Source of the DNA: Azolla caroliniana
Taxonomy: Eukaryota; Plantae; Polypodiophyta
Reading direction: 5' to 3'
DNA: 64,000 nt
Assembly (NCBI GenBank): GCA_043228905.1
Contig: JBHGNT010000017.1
Location: forward strand, 16,740,001-16,804,000
Below are positions 47,465-58,906 of this stretch, in pieces; the first letter of the stretch is position 1; every line of letters starts with the position of its first letter. The position numbers and the translations under genes were made by a program. The notes under the pieces are model-generated. The model saw only the letters and a program-made list of their open reading frames with translations, made no database searches and had not been told where the DNA came from.

Positions 47465-50400
47465 TTACACATCCGTAGGTCCCTTCGGACCCTTACCGTT
47501 TTCTTTACGGGTTGCCGTGTCTTCCTTCGCCTCTGCTACGGGTTCCCCGTCGTCTTTTTCTTCCATCCGTACCGTTCCCGGACAGGTTCCCGGTATAGTG
47601 CCGGTGGGCTGCATAAACGGGTTACTTGGCATCGGTCCTTTATAGGGCTTTAGTCTAAATCCGTTGACCCACTTGCCTAGCACTTCACCGGCAAATGTCC
47701 CTAACTGATAGGACCCGTTGTATTCCCGTGTCAGCCAATACGGGCCTGTCCATCTAAACCGGAGTTTACCCGGCATCTTGCCCATCCTCGTTTGGAATAC
47801 TAGCACCGGCTTTCCGATTTCGAACATCTTCTCATTACCTTTCCGGTGACGGTCAACGAACGCTTTCCGTCGTCGTTGCTCCAGTTCCATGTGTAGGATG
47901 CTGGCCAGCCGTTGCTCCTCCAGTTCGCATAGTGCTGCTAGCCGCATTTCCTCCAACTCCTTTTCATTCAGCCGTTCCCGTAGTTGGATCCGTAAGCTTG
48001 GTACCTGAAATTCCACCGACATGACCGCCTCTAAGCCGAACGCTAACCGGAACGGCGTTGTCCGGATACTTGTTTTGTATGCCGTTCGGTACGCCCATAG
48101 CGCGCTATGGAGCTTTGTATCCCAGTCCGTCCGGTTTTCATTGACGATTTTGCGGAGAATGTTCTGGAGCGTTTTGTTGGTTGACTCTACTAACCCGTTT
48201 GCTTGTGGGTAGTACGGTGTGCTCCGTTTATGGACCACGGCATAGAACGTTGTTAAGCTTTCAACTACCTGGCCGAGGAAGTGCCCTCCTTGGTCGCTGA
48301 TTAATTCAATCGGACATCCATATCGGCACCAAATGTTCTCGTACAGGAATTTTGCTGTGGATGACGCGGTGTTGTCTCTCAAGGCCTTAGCCTCCACCCA
48401 TTTAGTGCAATAATCTGTTGCCACGATGACATAACGATTACCTGTTCTCATTGCCGGTGGCTTGAACGGTTCGACAAAATCCAACCCCCACTTCTGGAAT
48501 GGCTCTAGTGGAAGTACCGGTTGGTGTGGCATACGTGCTTGCTCCGTAGGCTGGCCCATTCGTTGGCATAGGTCACATTCCTTAGCATACTTGACGGCGT
48601 CTTTTAACGTCGTGGGCCACCATAAGCCGCTCTGCCATACTTTCCTTGCCGTCGCTTCCCCGGCATAGTGTCCTCCGGCAACCCCACAGTGTGCTTCCCG
48701 TAAGATTACTTGTTTCTCGTCACTACGGACTGCCCGTCTCCATATTCCATCTGCTCCCTTGTGGTAGAGAGTGTCCCGTAACAGACAGAAATTGCGGCTC
48801 TGCACCGCTAGTCGTTTCCTCTTGTCCCGGTTCATTTCCTCCGGTGGCAGGCCCGTGCTTAGGAACTGGTGCATGTTTGTCAGCCACCTATCTTCTGATG
48901 CCACCGTGTCGTCTGCTGCCGTTTCCGGGGTGATACGGAATAACTCTGCGTCCGGGAATTCATCCGATACTCCGTCGCCTGATTCTCCGGACTCTAACCG
49001 GCTCAGGTAGTCTGCTACGGCATGCTGGATATCGGGCTGGTGGAAGATCTCGAATTCGAACTCCTGCAACAGCAAGGTCCAATGGGCCAACTTACCGGTC
49101 AGGGACGCCTTGGACACTAAGTACAGGAGCGCCGAGTGATCCACATGAAAGGAGAACTTCCTTCCCAATAGGTAATGACGAAACTTTGTTACACTGTAGA
49201 TCATGCCCAGGGCCTCCCGTTCCGTAGTCGAATAGTTCTTCTCCGCTTGGGACAGCTTCCGGCTGGCGTAATATACCGGCCGGTACCATTTAGGCTCCGT
49301 AAGTTGCATTAAGGCGCTGCCGATAGCGATGTCGGAAGCGTCAACGAACACATGAAATTCCTTGCTCCAATCCGGAGGCTGCACGACGGGTGCTTGCGAC
49401 AAAAGTACCTTCAGGGCATTGTATGCCTTATCCTCCGTATCCGTCCATTGGAACGGTGTCCGATGTACCGCGGTGTGTAATGGTGTAGCCAAGTCAGCCA
49501 AGTGACGGAGCATCCGGCTGTGCCACCGGATCTGTCCTAAGAATCGGCTTAGTGCTTTGGCCGTTTTCGGCGCCGGTGCCCCTAGTATCGCGTTTACTTT
49601 GTCTGGGTCGACCGCAATGCCCTCCTTACTTACAATGTGTCCCAGTAAGATTCCACTTGAAACCCCAAAGATGCATTTTGCTGGGTTTAAGCTTAGCCGG
49701 TATAACCTACACTTTTCAAGGCATAACCGTAGGTGCTGCAAATGGTCTTTTTCCCGGCTATAGACTGCAAAGTCATCCAGGAAAACCTGCATGAAGGCTG
49801 GAATGTATTCGCCGAAGATCTCCATGATGATTCGCTGGAAAGTTGCTGGTGCCGTTTTTAGTCCGAACATCATTACTACGGCCACAAACACCCCCCATTC
49901 GGTGACGAACGCTGTCTTCTCCTGGTCGTCAGGGTGCATCCGGATTTGATTGTATCCGCTGAACCCGTCTAAAAAGCTATAAACTTCATGGCCGGCGACG
50001 GCATCCAGTACTCCATCCGTGAACGGAAGAGGGAATGCATCCGTAATTGTGGCTGCATTTAGTTTCCTGTAATCTACACACACGCGGATTTTACCGTTCT
50101 TCTTTGGGACGACGACGATGGGGCTCAACCACGTCGCTTTCTTTACCGGCCGGATGAAGCCCACTCTTAGGAGTTTGTCGATTTCCTCCTTCACTTTGGC
50201 GGCGTAGTTGGGGTTCATTCGGTAACGTCTTTGCGCCACTGGTTTCGCGTCCTTGCCTAAGTGGATCTGATGCTGATATAATTGAGGGTCCAACCCTCGC
50301 ATGTCTTCGTATGACCAGGTGAATACGTCGCGAAACTCCGTGAGAAGTTTGATCATTGCCGCTTTATCTTCCGGCTTCATTTCTTTGGCGATGTGTACCG

Positions 50401-52213
50401 GCTTTGATTCGTCCTTGCTTCCTAGGTTCACTTCGTCGAGTTGGGATGTTTTTACCCGTTGGGAAACGGCCATTTCCCGTTCCAACGCTTCCTGTGCTTG
50501 CCGTAATTCCCGAATCGAATCTTTGTCTGGTTCGGCTTCGGTTTCGTCCCGCTGCGGCAAGTATGGCGCTACGGCTTCAGCCACGTCAATCTCGAAAAGT
50601 GGTACGATCTTCGGGTGTTCCTCCAAGTACTGGGCTTCTTCGTCGTCTGCCAACCCTTCAAGCATGTTCACGCATTCCGCATACAGCGGTGTGCATTCCT
50701 TACCGTTGCTCGTCCGTGGTTGTGTCGGTACCCGGACCTTGGCTTTTCCGCGCCGGAAGGTAATCATATTTTTCCGCCAATTTTGCTTGATGTGTGCTGT
50801 TTTCAACCATGGTCTGCCCAGCAACAGTGGGTACGCGCCTTGCGCCTGTAGCTGCAGCACTACAGCCGAGATGTGAAATGTGTGACCTCCTATGGTGACT
50901 TCCAATTTCCGTATTAAGCCCGTCGGCCGTACAGAGCTCGTATCCGCCATTTGTAGCCAGAACGGACATGGCTCCCATTCATGTATACCCAAGGCATCAC
51001 ACGTGCGGAGGCTTATTACGTTCACCCCGGAACCTCCATCGATTACTGTGCCGGGAAGTTCGTGCCCTTTGACAATAGCTGTAATCACCGGACTACTAGT
51101 GTCCACCACCGTCGGTCCCTCCTCCGGATTCGAGAAGAGGACTGGTGCCGGTGGGGCTATACCGTCTGTCATGACCGTTTTTAGTCCTTCCGTAAATCGC
51201 GGCACGAGCTGCAAGAGTCTTCCTAATGGCAACGTGATCTGACATTCTTGCAGTACTTGCCATGTCTCGTTTTCTGCGTGGCTACCGCCGGCACTCCCTA
51301 TGGTATTCGCCTTTTGCCGTTCCGCGTCCGCGACGTTCCTTTCATTGGCTTCCTTCACCCATTCCGTCGCCTGTTTTCGTATGGCCTCTTGTGTTTCCCA
51401 CTCTTTGGCCATGCCTTTCGACCGTGTGGTTACTTGCTGTACATCCGCCACTTCCGGAACCACCATATTAACTGCTGGTCGTTTATCGTAGCTCTTTGCC
51501 GGGCACTGGTTACTGTAGTGGCCTTCCTGCCTGCAGTAGTAGCAGTACTCTTTACGGGTATTGCTGGATTCAGCATTGCTGGTAGCCGGAGTCAGTCCCG
51601 TAGTGAGTGGTGCGTTCTGTGCCGGTTGGCTCCTTGGGGTTCCATGTTCCGGGTCCCTAGTGTGACCACCTTTCTTGAAATTACGTTTCTTATTATTCTT
51701 ATTTTTATTTCGGTAGTCCTGTCGTGGTGGATCGTAAAATCGGCCGTAGTCCTCCTGGTGCCTTCGGTAACCAGGGGAATGGTCTCTGTCGTATTGCTCG
51801 TGTCGTCTGTTGGACTCCCGATAACGGTCCGATCGCTCATACCGGTCGTAGTTATCATGCCGATCCCCGTACCGGCCATCATTCTCTTGTCTGTCTCCGT
51901 ACCGGACATCCTGTGCCGGTCGGTACCGGTTCATTCTTTGCCAACGATCTTCATCTTCGTCTCGGCTGCTTCTTGGCTCGATCCGTCGAACGGGTGGTGC
52001 TTGTCGGTTTAGCAGGTTATACTCGCACCGGTCCGTTGTATGACTCTTGGATTGACAAATCACACACTGGGTTCGCATGGTGCACTCCACTGCCGAGTGT
52101 CCGGCATTCAAGCAGATTGTGCATTGAATTGCCTGCCGGAACCGGAGATCTTCATCTGTGGGTAACGCCCGTTGCAGTGCTTCTAGTGTAAGCCATGAGC
52201 TTGACTTTTCCAT
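47465..52213 (-). CDS. Element D gag C-terminus + pol (PR-RT-RH-IN), 1582 aa open frame
   Basis: CTICLNAGHSAVEC and CYYCRQEGHYSNQC; VIDGGSGVN; VCVDYRKLN, FLDGFSGYNQI and VFLDDF; FVDASD; H..VAGGH...CDLC; WGLDF, ISDQG and PQANGLVE; RWTGPY. Confidence 0.93.
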   Translation of the reverse strand: MEKSSSWLTLEALQRALPTDEDLRFRQAIQCTICLNAGHSAVECTMRTQCVICQSKSHTTDRCEYNLLNRQAPPVRRIEPRSSRDEDEDRWQRMNRYRPAQDVRYGDRQENDGRYGDRHDNYDRYERSDRYRESNRRHEQYDRDHSPGYRRHQEDYGRFYDPPRQDYRNKNKNNKKRNFKKGGHTRDPEHGTPRSQPAQNAPLTTGLTPATSNAESSNTRKEYCYYCRQEGHYSNQCPAKSYDKRPAVNMVVPEVADVQQVTTRSKGMAKEWETQEAIRKQATEWVKEANERNVADAERQKANTIGSAGGSHAENETWQVLQECQITLPLGRLLQLVPRFTEGLKTVMTDGIAPPAPVLFSNPEEGPTVVDTSSPVITAIVKGHELPGTVIDGGSGVNVISLRTCDALGIHEWEPCPFWLQMADTSSVRPTGLIRKLEVTIGGHTFHISAVVLQLQAQGAYPLLLGRPWLKTAHIKQNWRKNMITFRRGKAKVRVPTQPRTSNGKECTPLYAECVNMLEGLADDEEAQYLEEHPKIVPLFEIDVAEAVAPYLPQRDETEAEPDKDSIRELRQAQEALEREMAVSQRVKTSQLDEVNLGSKDESKPVHIAKEMKPEDKAAMIKLLTEFRDVFTWSYEDMRGLDPQLYQHQIHLGKDAKPVAQRRYRMNPNYAAKVKEEIDKLLRVGFIRPVKKATWLSPIVVVPKKNGKIRVCVDYRKLNAATITDAFPLPFTDGVLDAVAGHEVYSFLDGFSGYNQIRMHPDDQEKTAFVTEWGVFVAVVMMFGLKTAPATFQRIIMEIFGEYIPAFMQVFLDDFAVYSREKDHLQHLRLCLEKCRLYRLSLNPAKCIFGVSSGILLGHIVSKEGIAVDPDKVNAILGAPAPKTAKALSRFLGQIRWHSRMLRHLADLATPLHTAVHRTPFQWTDTEDKAYNALKVLLSQAPVVQPPDWSKEFHVFVDASDIAIGSALMQLTEPKWYRPVYYASRKLSQAEKNYSTTEREALGMIYSVTKFRHYLLGRKFSFHVDHSALLYLVSKASLTGKLAHWTLLLQEFEFEIFHQPDIQHAVADYLSRLESGESGDGVSDEFPDAELFRITPETAADDTVASEDRWLTNMHQFLSTGLPPEEMNRDKRKRLAVQSRNFCLLRDTLYHKGADGIWRRAVRSDEKQVILREAHCGVAGGHYAGEATARKVWQSGLWWPTTLKDAVKYAKECDLCQRMGQPTEQARMPHQPVLPLEPFQKWGLDFVEPFKPPAMRTGNRYVIVATDYCTKWVEAKALRDNTASSTAKFLYENIWCRYGCPIELISDQGGHFLGQVVESLTTFYAVVHKRSTPYYPQANGLVESTNKTLQNILRKIVNENRTDWDTKLHSALWAYRTAYKTSIRTTPFRLAFGLEAVMSVEFQVPSLRIQLRERLNEKELEEMRLAALCELEEQRLASILHMELEQRRRKAFVDRHRKGNEKMFEIGKPVLVFQTRMGKMPGKLRFRWTGPYWLTREYNGSYQLGTFAGEVLGKWVNGFRLKPYKGPMPSNPFMQPTGTIPGTCPGTVRMEEKDDGEPVAEAKEDTATRKENGKGPKGPTDV

Positions 52214-53277
52214 TTCTCTGACCCGGTCAATGACCTGGTCAATGGTGCTTCCTCGAAAGTCGACACCGTGCGTAACGGTTCCTGCAGTGCGTTTAAAAAT
52301 ATCGTCCGTAATTCCTCCTCCGGGGGTGCACGGGTAAGCTGGCTATGTATTCGTTGGAAACGGATGACGAATTGGGGAATGCTTTCCCCTGCCTCTTGTC
52401 GGATCGTATAAAACAGGTCCACCATCGTCGTCTGGTCGACCTCCTTGTGGAAAAAATGCAAGAATTTTGCTTTTAATTCTGCAAAGGTTGTGATGGTTGC
52501 CGGGTCCTGCGTCCGCCGCCATCGTGCCGCTGGTCCTTTCAACGTGACCCCGAATTCCGCTATCTTCGAGCGTTCTTCTTCCTCCGGTGTCAATCGCTGG
52601 GACGCGTGATTTGCTTCCCATGTCTGCTCGAAGGCATGAACATGCGCTTCCGCGTCCGGATCATCGCGATACTTTGAGTATTGGAACGACATGTCGTCGT
52701 CCAGTATTAGGCCGCGGTTTAGTGGCGTTTGTTGATATCTTTCTGGTTTTCTCTCCGGTTCCACGTCCGGTTCTTTTTCCGGTTCCTTCACCGGCTCTTT
52801 CGTTGGTGTCGGTGGCTTTGCTTCTTCCACTTCCGGTGTTGGTGGGTTGACGGCTTCCGTTTGCGGTTCCGAATAGCCCTGGTCGAACGGTTCCGGTTCT
52901 AGAGTCGGCACGGTATCCGACCCGTCGTCCTCCGGGCCGCCGGGGGTATCGTTGCTGCTCCGGTAGTTCGTGTGCACGCTGTATCCCCCTTCGGAATCCG
53001 ATTCGTAGGCTGAAAAGGCTTCTGCCTCGTTTTCTCCGCTTGCCAGCGCCTCGAGGAGGCGTTCGGTTTCCCGGAGACTACTTAGACCGCTTCCGTCGTC
53101 CTGGTCACGAGTTTGCTGTAACCGAAGAGATTCCTCCGCGACTCTCCGGATCTCGTTGGAGAACGAACGATCCGAGCGAATTTCGTGCGCTGCTTGCTGG
53201 AAAGTCTCACGCCGTCTTTGCCGTTCGGCGAGGCGTCGAGCTCGGTCTGTAACCAGGTCGTGCGTTGGTCTAGTCAT
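52183..53277 (-). CDS. Element D gag N-terminus (joined to pol by an apparent small deletion or frameshift near 52265)
   Basis: Retrotrans_gag-like FGVTLKGPAARW...ELKAKFLHFF...IRQEAGESIPQFVIRF; homologous to element C gag. Confidence 0.85.
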   Translation of the reverse strand: MTRPTHDLVTDRARRLAERQRRRETFQQAAHEIRSDRSFSNEIRRVAEESLRLQQTRDQDDGSGLSSLRETERLLEALASGENEAEAFSAYESDSEGGYSVHTNYRSSNDTPGGPEDDGSDTVPTLEPEPFDQGYSEPQTEAVNPPTPEVEEAKPPTPTKEPVKEPEKEPDVEPERKPERYQQTPLNRGLILDDDMSFQYSKYRDDPDAEAHVHAFEQTWEANHASQRLTPEEEERSKIAEFGVTLKGPAARWRRTQDPATITTFAELKAKFLHFFHKEVDQTTMVDLFYTIRQEAGESIPQFVIRFQRIHSQLTRAPPEEELRTIFLNALQEPLRTVSTFEEAPLTRSLTGSEKWKSQAHGLH

Positions 53278-53875
53278 CCATTAAGCCGTCGTTCGCTGCG
53301 AGAAAGCAGGAATCGTGGTCGCCAAAACTGTGTTATTCTCTGACCGGACAAGGCCTAACACAAGGTGTCACGGAGACACTTCACCAAAGGATGATTACGG
53401 CATAGGATTATGACTCAACGATTACACCGACTTAAGTAGGTTACACGATTAGAGCGCTTTTGTTAATTACACGCGTAAGATATAACAGTAATTACAGAAC
53501 GGAAATCAACACAGAAGTATAAACACCATACGCTCTATTAATTATCCGCTCCGATTACAATGGGGTCCGGGCCTTTAAATAGGTTTCCGGCCCGTAGTAC
53601 AAAACGGTGCCTATCGCACCTATTCGGGATCCGTCCGGATCTGGAACGGTATACCGTTTCCGGTCCGTCCGTCCACACTATGCTTATTTACAACCATACT
53701 TAATTAATTCCTTCACTCCGTATTTTGGACTCCTTGCCGGCCGGTAACACCTAGTGCCCTCTTTTATAGTGTTTTCAGGAGTAATCCTGAAGCTTCTAGA
53801 ATGTTCCAGAGAAATCTGGAATATACACTAATTTCCTATAATAAAATGTACATGAAAATAATATCCTACGTATTA

Positions 53876-53948
53876 CAATAGATGGTCTAATGGTCAAGAG
53901 CTCGACCCATATAACCTAAGGTCATGGGTTCGAGTCTTGCCATATCAT
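53876..53948 (+). promoter_or_regulatory. tRNA-like A-box/B-box cassette inside the family F LTR (copies also at ~59125-59197 and ~61993-62065)
   Basis: TGGTCTAATGG at 53883 and GGTTCGAGTC at 53927, 44 nt apart as in tRNA; wobble-paired T stem; acceptor stem degenerate, so not a functional tRNA. Confidence 0.6.
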
Positions 53949-56900
53949 GACACTATCCCCCCTTTAAAACGACGAGTGTCACGAGTCGTCTTGGATTGAG
54001 GACCCGGTTTGTGTGGATATTGACGATGGAAGTCTTCAAGAAGAGCACGAGCATTGGTTACATTCTCGATCGGTTCCGAAGTACGTTCGTTGGGACTATA
54101 ACCTAGCCAATCGACTAGATAGTAGAGCTTGTTGCGAACAATCTTGGAATCAAGGATGGCGGCAACCTCGTACTCCGGCCCATCTTCAAGCTCGATCGGG
54201 GGTGGAGATTGGATAAGATGTTCTGGGATGGTGCTCTCGTGGTAGGGTTCGAAGAGAGAACTATGAAACACCGGATGTATCCGAAGTTGAGGAGGTAGAT
54301 CGAGACGAAAAGCGACATCATTAATCTTTCCAATAATACGGAAAGGACCTAATCGCCGATAATCCAACTTCTCACATGGGCGAGTAGTCTTGATGTGTCG
54401 TCGTAGCAGCCACACCCGATCTCCAATATTAAACTAGATGGAAGTCGATGACGATCCGCGTAGACCTTGTGTGTTTGTTGAGCTTGCTGGAGATGAGTAG
54501 ATAAATCCGCTTGTATCTTGCGTAACCGCTCCAAATGATCCTCCGCGCACGGATTTGTGGACACCTCTGGGGTTTCAAGTACACTCCACTGGGGGTGACA
54601 TCCCGTATAAGCATAAAATGGCGTAACTTTAGTGGATGCGTGGATAGAGTTGTTATAGGCAAATTCGGTGAAGTGGAGAATATTTGCCCAGTCGTCCTGA
54701 TGATAGCTGAGAAAGCACCGCAGATACTGCTCCAACGTTTGATTTGTTCGTTCAGCTTGGCCGTCAGTTTGTGGGTGGTAGCCGGAAGAGAGGTTACAAG
54801 TGACCTTGAGCATGTTAAAAAGGTGCTTCCAGAATTTTGACACGAACTGGGGTCCACGGTTGTTGATGATACTATCGGGGAGTCCATGATGCCGACATAC
54901 TTCACGCATGACAATTTCGGCAGTGTCTTCACTGGAGATCTCCTTAGTACATGGCAAGAAATGAGCCATCTTTGTATATCGATCGACCACCGTTAGAATC
55001 GCATTGAACCCCTTAGAGACTGGAAGATCTGTGATGAAGTCTAGAGCAATGGATTGCCACGGCTTGCTTGGAATTGGTAATGGTTCTAATAAACCATATG
55101 GATGATGCCTTGGCATTTTCGCTCTGCAACATGTATCACAAGTCCGAACAAAATCCTCGACAAATTGTCGCATACAGGGCCACCAGAATGATCGTTGTAC
55201 TAAATGTAATGTTTTAGTACTACCAAAATGCCCAGATGTATATGTGTCATGACAGTTTTGTACTACTCGAAGGCGGCAAGAACCATTAGGAACATACAAA
55301 AGTTCTTTAAAGAAGAGTAATCCATCATGGTATTTGAATTGCCCATAGTCCGTACCTGGTGGTTGCGACTGTGAACACGATGCTCGAGAGGGATCAATTT
55401 GTGCTAGTATAGCTTGGGCGAACGCATCTATCTTCAAGTTTTCACGTATGGTATCGATAACGCGGGAATCCATAGGCATGTCAAAGATTTGTGTTGCTTG
55501 TAGTCGTGTCGGTCCCAAGATGACTTGTTTTTGGTTATCGAAAGCTGGCTCGCCGGGACGAGGTGCTAGATACGAACGCCGTGATAATGCATCTGCCTTC
55601 CCTTGGTGCCTCCCCGGACGATATTTAATTTTGAAGTCGAAACGCGTGAGGAAATGGGCCCACTGAGCTTGACGTCGATTCAGCACACGAGCATCCTGAA
55701 AGTAGGCAAGATTCTTGTGGTCACTAAATACGGTGACTGGATGAGAGGATCCCTCCAGAAAATGCCTCCATTGCATAAAAGAATCCACTATTGCCAATAG
55801 CTCCTTATCATGAATTTCGTAGTTGATTTCGGCGGCATCAAACTTGCATGAGTGAAAAGCCACAGGATTTAGCTTTTCATCATTCCCCTGTTGTGACAGA
55901 ATGCTCCCCAATGCAAAATCCGATGCGTCAGCTTCGATAATGAATGGTTTCTCCGGATCGACATGAGCTAGAATTGGAGCCGATGTAAATGCTTTTTTAA
56001 GACTCTCGAAAGCCATGTCCGTTACTTCAGACCAGATGAACGGTTGTCCCTTCCTGGTAAGTTGTGTGAGAGGTAGAACGATCTTTGAGTAATCTTGTAT
56101 GAACTTCCGGTAAAAATTGGCAAAGCCTAAGAAGCATTGCACATCCCGTACCGAACGCGGAGTCTGCCATTCTACCACCGTTTTGACCTTAGCTGGGTCC
56201 ATGGAGATGCCTTCTGACGAAATGATGTAGCCGAGAAATTCCACTTGGTTGCACCCGAAACTACATTTTTCTAGCTTTGCATACAGACCATGTTCTCGAA
56301 GTCGTTTTAGTACTAATAGTACATGAGAATCATGTTCTTCTTGGGTCTTTGAATAAACCAGTAGATCATCCAAATAGATGATCAAACAATCATCCAATAG
56401 ATCTCGGAATATATCATTAGCCATGTGCTGGAAGACTGCCGGCGCATTAGTGAGGCCGAACGGCATGACAATATACTCGAAGTGCCCATATCTGGTGCGA
56501 AACGCGGTCTTCCATTCGTCTCCTGGTCGGATCCGTACGAGGTTATATGCTCCCCGTAAGTTGATCTTCGTGAAGAACCTGGCACCAATAATCCGTTCTA
56601 AAAGACTTGAGATAAGGGGAAGAGCATACCTATTCCTGATTGTAACCTTATTCAAGCCACGGTAATCTACAATGAGACGAAGCGATCCATCTTTTTTCTT
56701 GACGAAGAAAATGGGCGCACCGGCTGGAGATTTCGAATGCCGAATGAAACCATTTTCCAAATTCTCCTATATATAGGCCCGAAGGACTTCCAGCTCGGTT
56801 GGTGACAAATTGTAGATCGGTCCCCATGGCGGCTCTTTTCCCGGTTGTACATTGATGGGGCAATCGTACGGTCGATGATGAGGAAGTGTGTTTGCTTGTA

Positions 56901-57501
56901 CTTTATCGAACACATCGGTGTAATGACGATACTTCTCGGGAAGTTGAACGGTGGATTCTTCTTTAGTGGTGTTGGAGGGGTTTACTGATATTTCAAAGAG
57001 GAACATTTCCTCCTTGTGCCCTTCTTTACGCAACTGACATAGCGAAATGGTTGCCATCTTCTGAGTTGACCCTTGGGTTTGTCGACACCGGATTTCTCTT
57101 GTTCTCCAATCTATGTCAGGGTTATGTAACTCGAACCACGGTAGTCCTAAAACTATAGGATGTTCTGAGATACTAATAATATTAAATGATACTACACATG
57201 CTAAGTTATCTAGGACAATATTAATGGGCTCTAACTCTTCTAGGATATTTCTGGAAGCAATGGGACGTCCATCAATGACTACTACAGAGGCTGGACACTG
57301 GAGTTTTCTTAGGGATATCTTATGAGCTTGAGCAAATTTCTTATCCATAAAGCAAGAGTTAGCTCCGGAATCTAGGAGTGCTAGGACATGTACTGGAGGG
57401 GTACTTTTAGTACTAACTATTACTTGGGCTACGAACACATCACTAACTTGCTTAGAGGGAATGGAACCACTAATGGGCTGCACAGATCTAGGGCTGTCCA
57501 A
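53945..57501 (-). pseudogene. Element F pol: protease-RT-RNase H-integrase-chromodomain (one stop, one frameshift)
   Basis: ALLDSGAN; LRLIVDYRGLN, MPFGLTNAP and IYLDDL; EADASD; ALDFITDL and HPQTDGQAER; GPF; EYEVAAILDSK...YYLVDWLGY chromodomain. Confidence 0.93.
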
Positions 57502-57527
57502 CCAAACGGCTCCTATTTTGGCTGGAC

Positions 57528-58679
57528 TTAGTCGTTTAACTCTTCTTCTAACTGACTAAGGACATCAAATTTGTTTGCTAGATCTAGGATATTAGTACTA
57601 TTAGGACTATCAGATATCCCTACTGACATAGGCTCGGATTTAGTACAATTAGAACTAGTGACTATTTGGTTTACCTGTCTTCTTGGCCTATGGGGGCAAT
57701 TTATTGCGATATGTCCTGGTCCACCGCAGTAAAGACATAGTCGATTTGTACGGCATCGCTGCTTTTCTTCTTTGGATAATGGCCCTCGACGACGTGTAGT
57801 GTCAATCTCCATCGGAGTCGGAGTATTCGCTTGAGGCGCATTATATGACTCCCTCGGAAAAGGTCTTACTACCACTGAGGCGTAGGTGGGCTCTGATCTT
57901 GCCCTTGGCATCTGTAGCTGTCGTTCCGAACGTCGCTCAAAGAGGCGGTTGTCACATCTCACCGCGCGACTGATTGCTTCTGTTAAGGACTTTGGCTCTT
58001 CGGGGAAGGTCAAGAGTAAATCCTTGACGTCGTTGCGTAAACCATAACGGAATTGCTCCATCAACGCTTGATCATCCCAAGGGATATCGGCGGCGAGTAG
58101 GCGAAAATCTGCAGCGTATGCGGAGGCTGGACGGTCACCTTGGCGTAATCGCCGGATTTTGTTGATTGCGGTCCTGATGCTGTCAGTATCTCCGAAACAT
58201 GCTTTAAACTCACCTAGAAACTCTTCAAAATTGTTGAGTAACAGAGATTCCTTTTCTAATAGTGGAGCGAACCATGACAACGCTGAGCCACTTAACAAAG
58301 TGCCTACTAAACCCACTCGTGATGCATCGGTGGGATATCGGGAAGGATGCATTTGAATAACTAATCGTACCTGGTTAAGGAACCCTCTAAACTGCGATCG
58401 CGTTCCATCGAACTTCGTGGGAAGGCCAATCTTAGGTTCTTTATGAATCCCTTGTGTTCCAGGCTCGTGTTGTTGCATCACTACGATGGTGGCTTCTAGT
58501 TGTTGCACACGTAATGCAAGTTCCCCATGCTGTTGTTGCGTTTGCTGCTTTTCTAAGGAGATTTGCTGAAGATCCCCCAGCAACCGTTGGTTTTCTTGTT
58601 CCAAAGCATGGAACTTCTCCTTCAAGCATTGAAATTCCGAGAAAACAGATTGATATTCTTCAGCGCTAACAGTGGCCAT
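57528..58679 (-). CDS. Element F gag (PEG10/Tcn1-like)
   Basis: 383 aa; PTKFDGTRSQFRGFLNQ, LRQG..ASAYAADF, PMEID, CLYCGGPGHIAINC. Confidence 0.92.
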   Translation of the reverse strand: MATVSAEEYQSVFSEFQCLKEKFHALEQENQRLLGDLQQISLEKQQTQQQHGELALRVQQLEATIVVMQQHEPGTQGIHKEPKIGLPTKFDGTRSQFRGFLNQVRLVIQMHPSRYPTDASRVGLVGTLLSGSALSWFAPLLEKESLLLNNFEEFLGEFKACFGDTDSIRTAINKIRRLRQGDRPASAYAADFRLLAADIPWDDQALMEQFRYGLRNDVKDLLLTFPEEPKSLTEAISRAVRCDNRLFERRSERQLQMPRARSEPTYASVVVRPFPRESYNAPQANTPTPMEIDTTRRRGPLSKEEKQRCRTNRLCLYCGGPGHIAINCPHRPRRQVNQIVTSSNCTKSEPMSVGISDSPNSTNILDLANKFDVLSQLEEELND

Positions 58680-58863
58680 GGGATGAAAGAAAAGAGGAAT
58701 AAAAGATTAGTAGGAAATGAGAGAGACAGAAGGTAGGGAAATTGGTTCAAACTGTCATGAACAGTACTGAGACAGAGAAGGAATTAGTACTAAATGAAGG
58801 ATTAGTACTACGAGAGGTGTGAACTTCTTCGAGAGAAGGGAGAAGTGAGTGAGACAGAGAGAA

Positions 58864-58906
<43 letters not shown>

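Larger units (their letters stand above)
43957..53749 (-). mobile_element. Ty3/gypsy (non-chromovirus) element D with 3' extra ORF, nested in the LTR of F
   Basis: 419-bp LTRs at 43957-44375 and 53331-53749, three differences seen; TSD CCTAG; TATTTAAA on minus; PBS-like TGGCGACCAC at 53324-53315; no PPT adjacent to the 3' LTR. Confidence 0.95.

Noticed and set aside
53315-53324. Similarity between D PBS (GTGGTCGCCA on +) and the MULE motif GGTCGCCCAACC
   Set aside because: Only 7 nt are shared between unrelated elements; likely coincidence.
43957-53749. Reading D (and C) as elements whose gag-pol is simply antisense to the replicated RNA
   Set aside because: TATA-like boxes in both LTR types are on the gag-pol strand, and the opposite end also has a PBS-like site rather than a PPT, so flipping orientation does not restore a canonical layout.
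53876-53948. Functional tRNA gene
   Set aside because: Acceptor and anticodon stems do not pair and the sequence is part of an LTR; kept only as a tRNA-like cassette.
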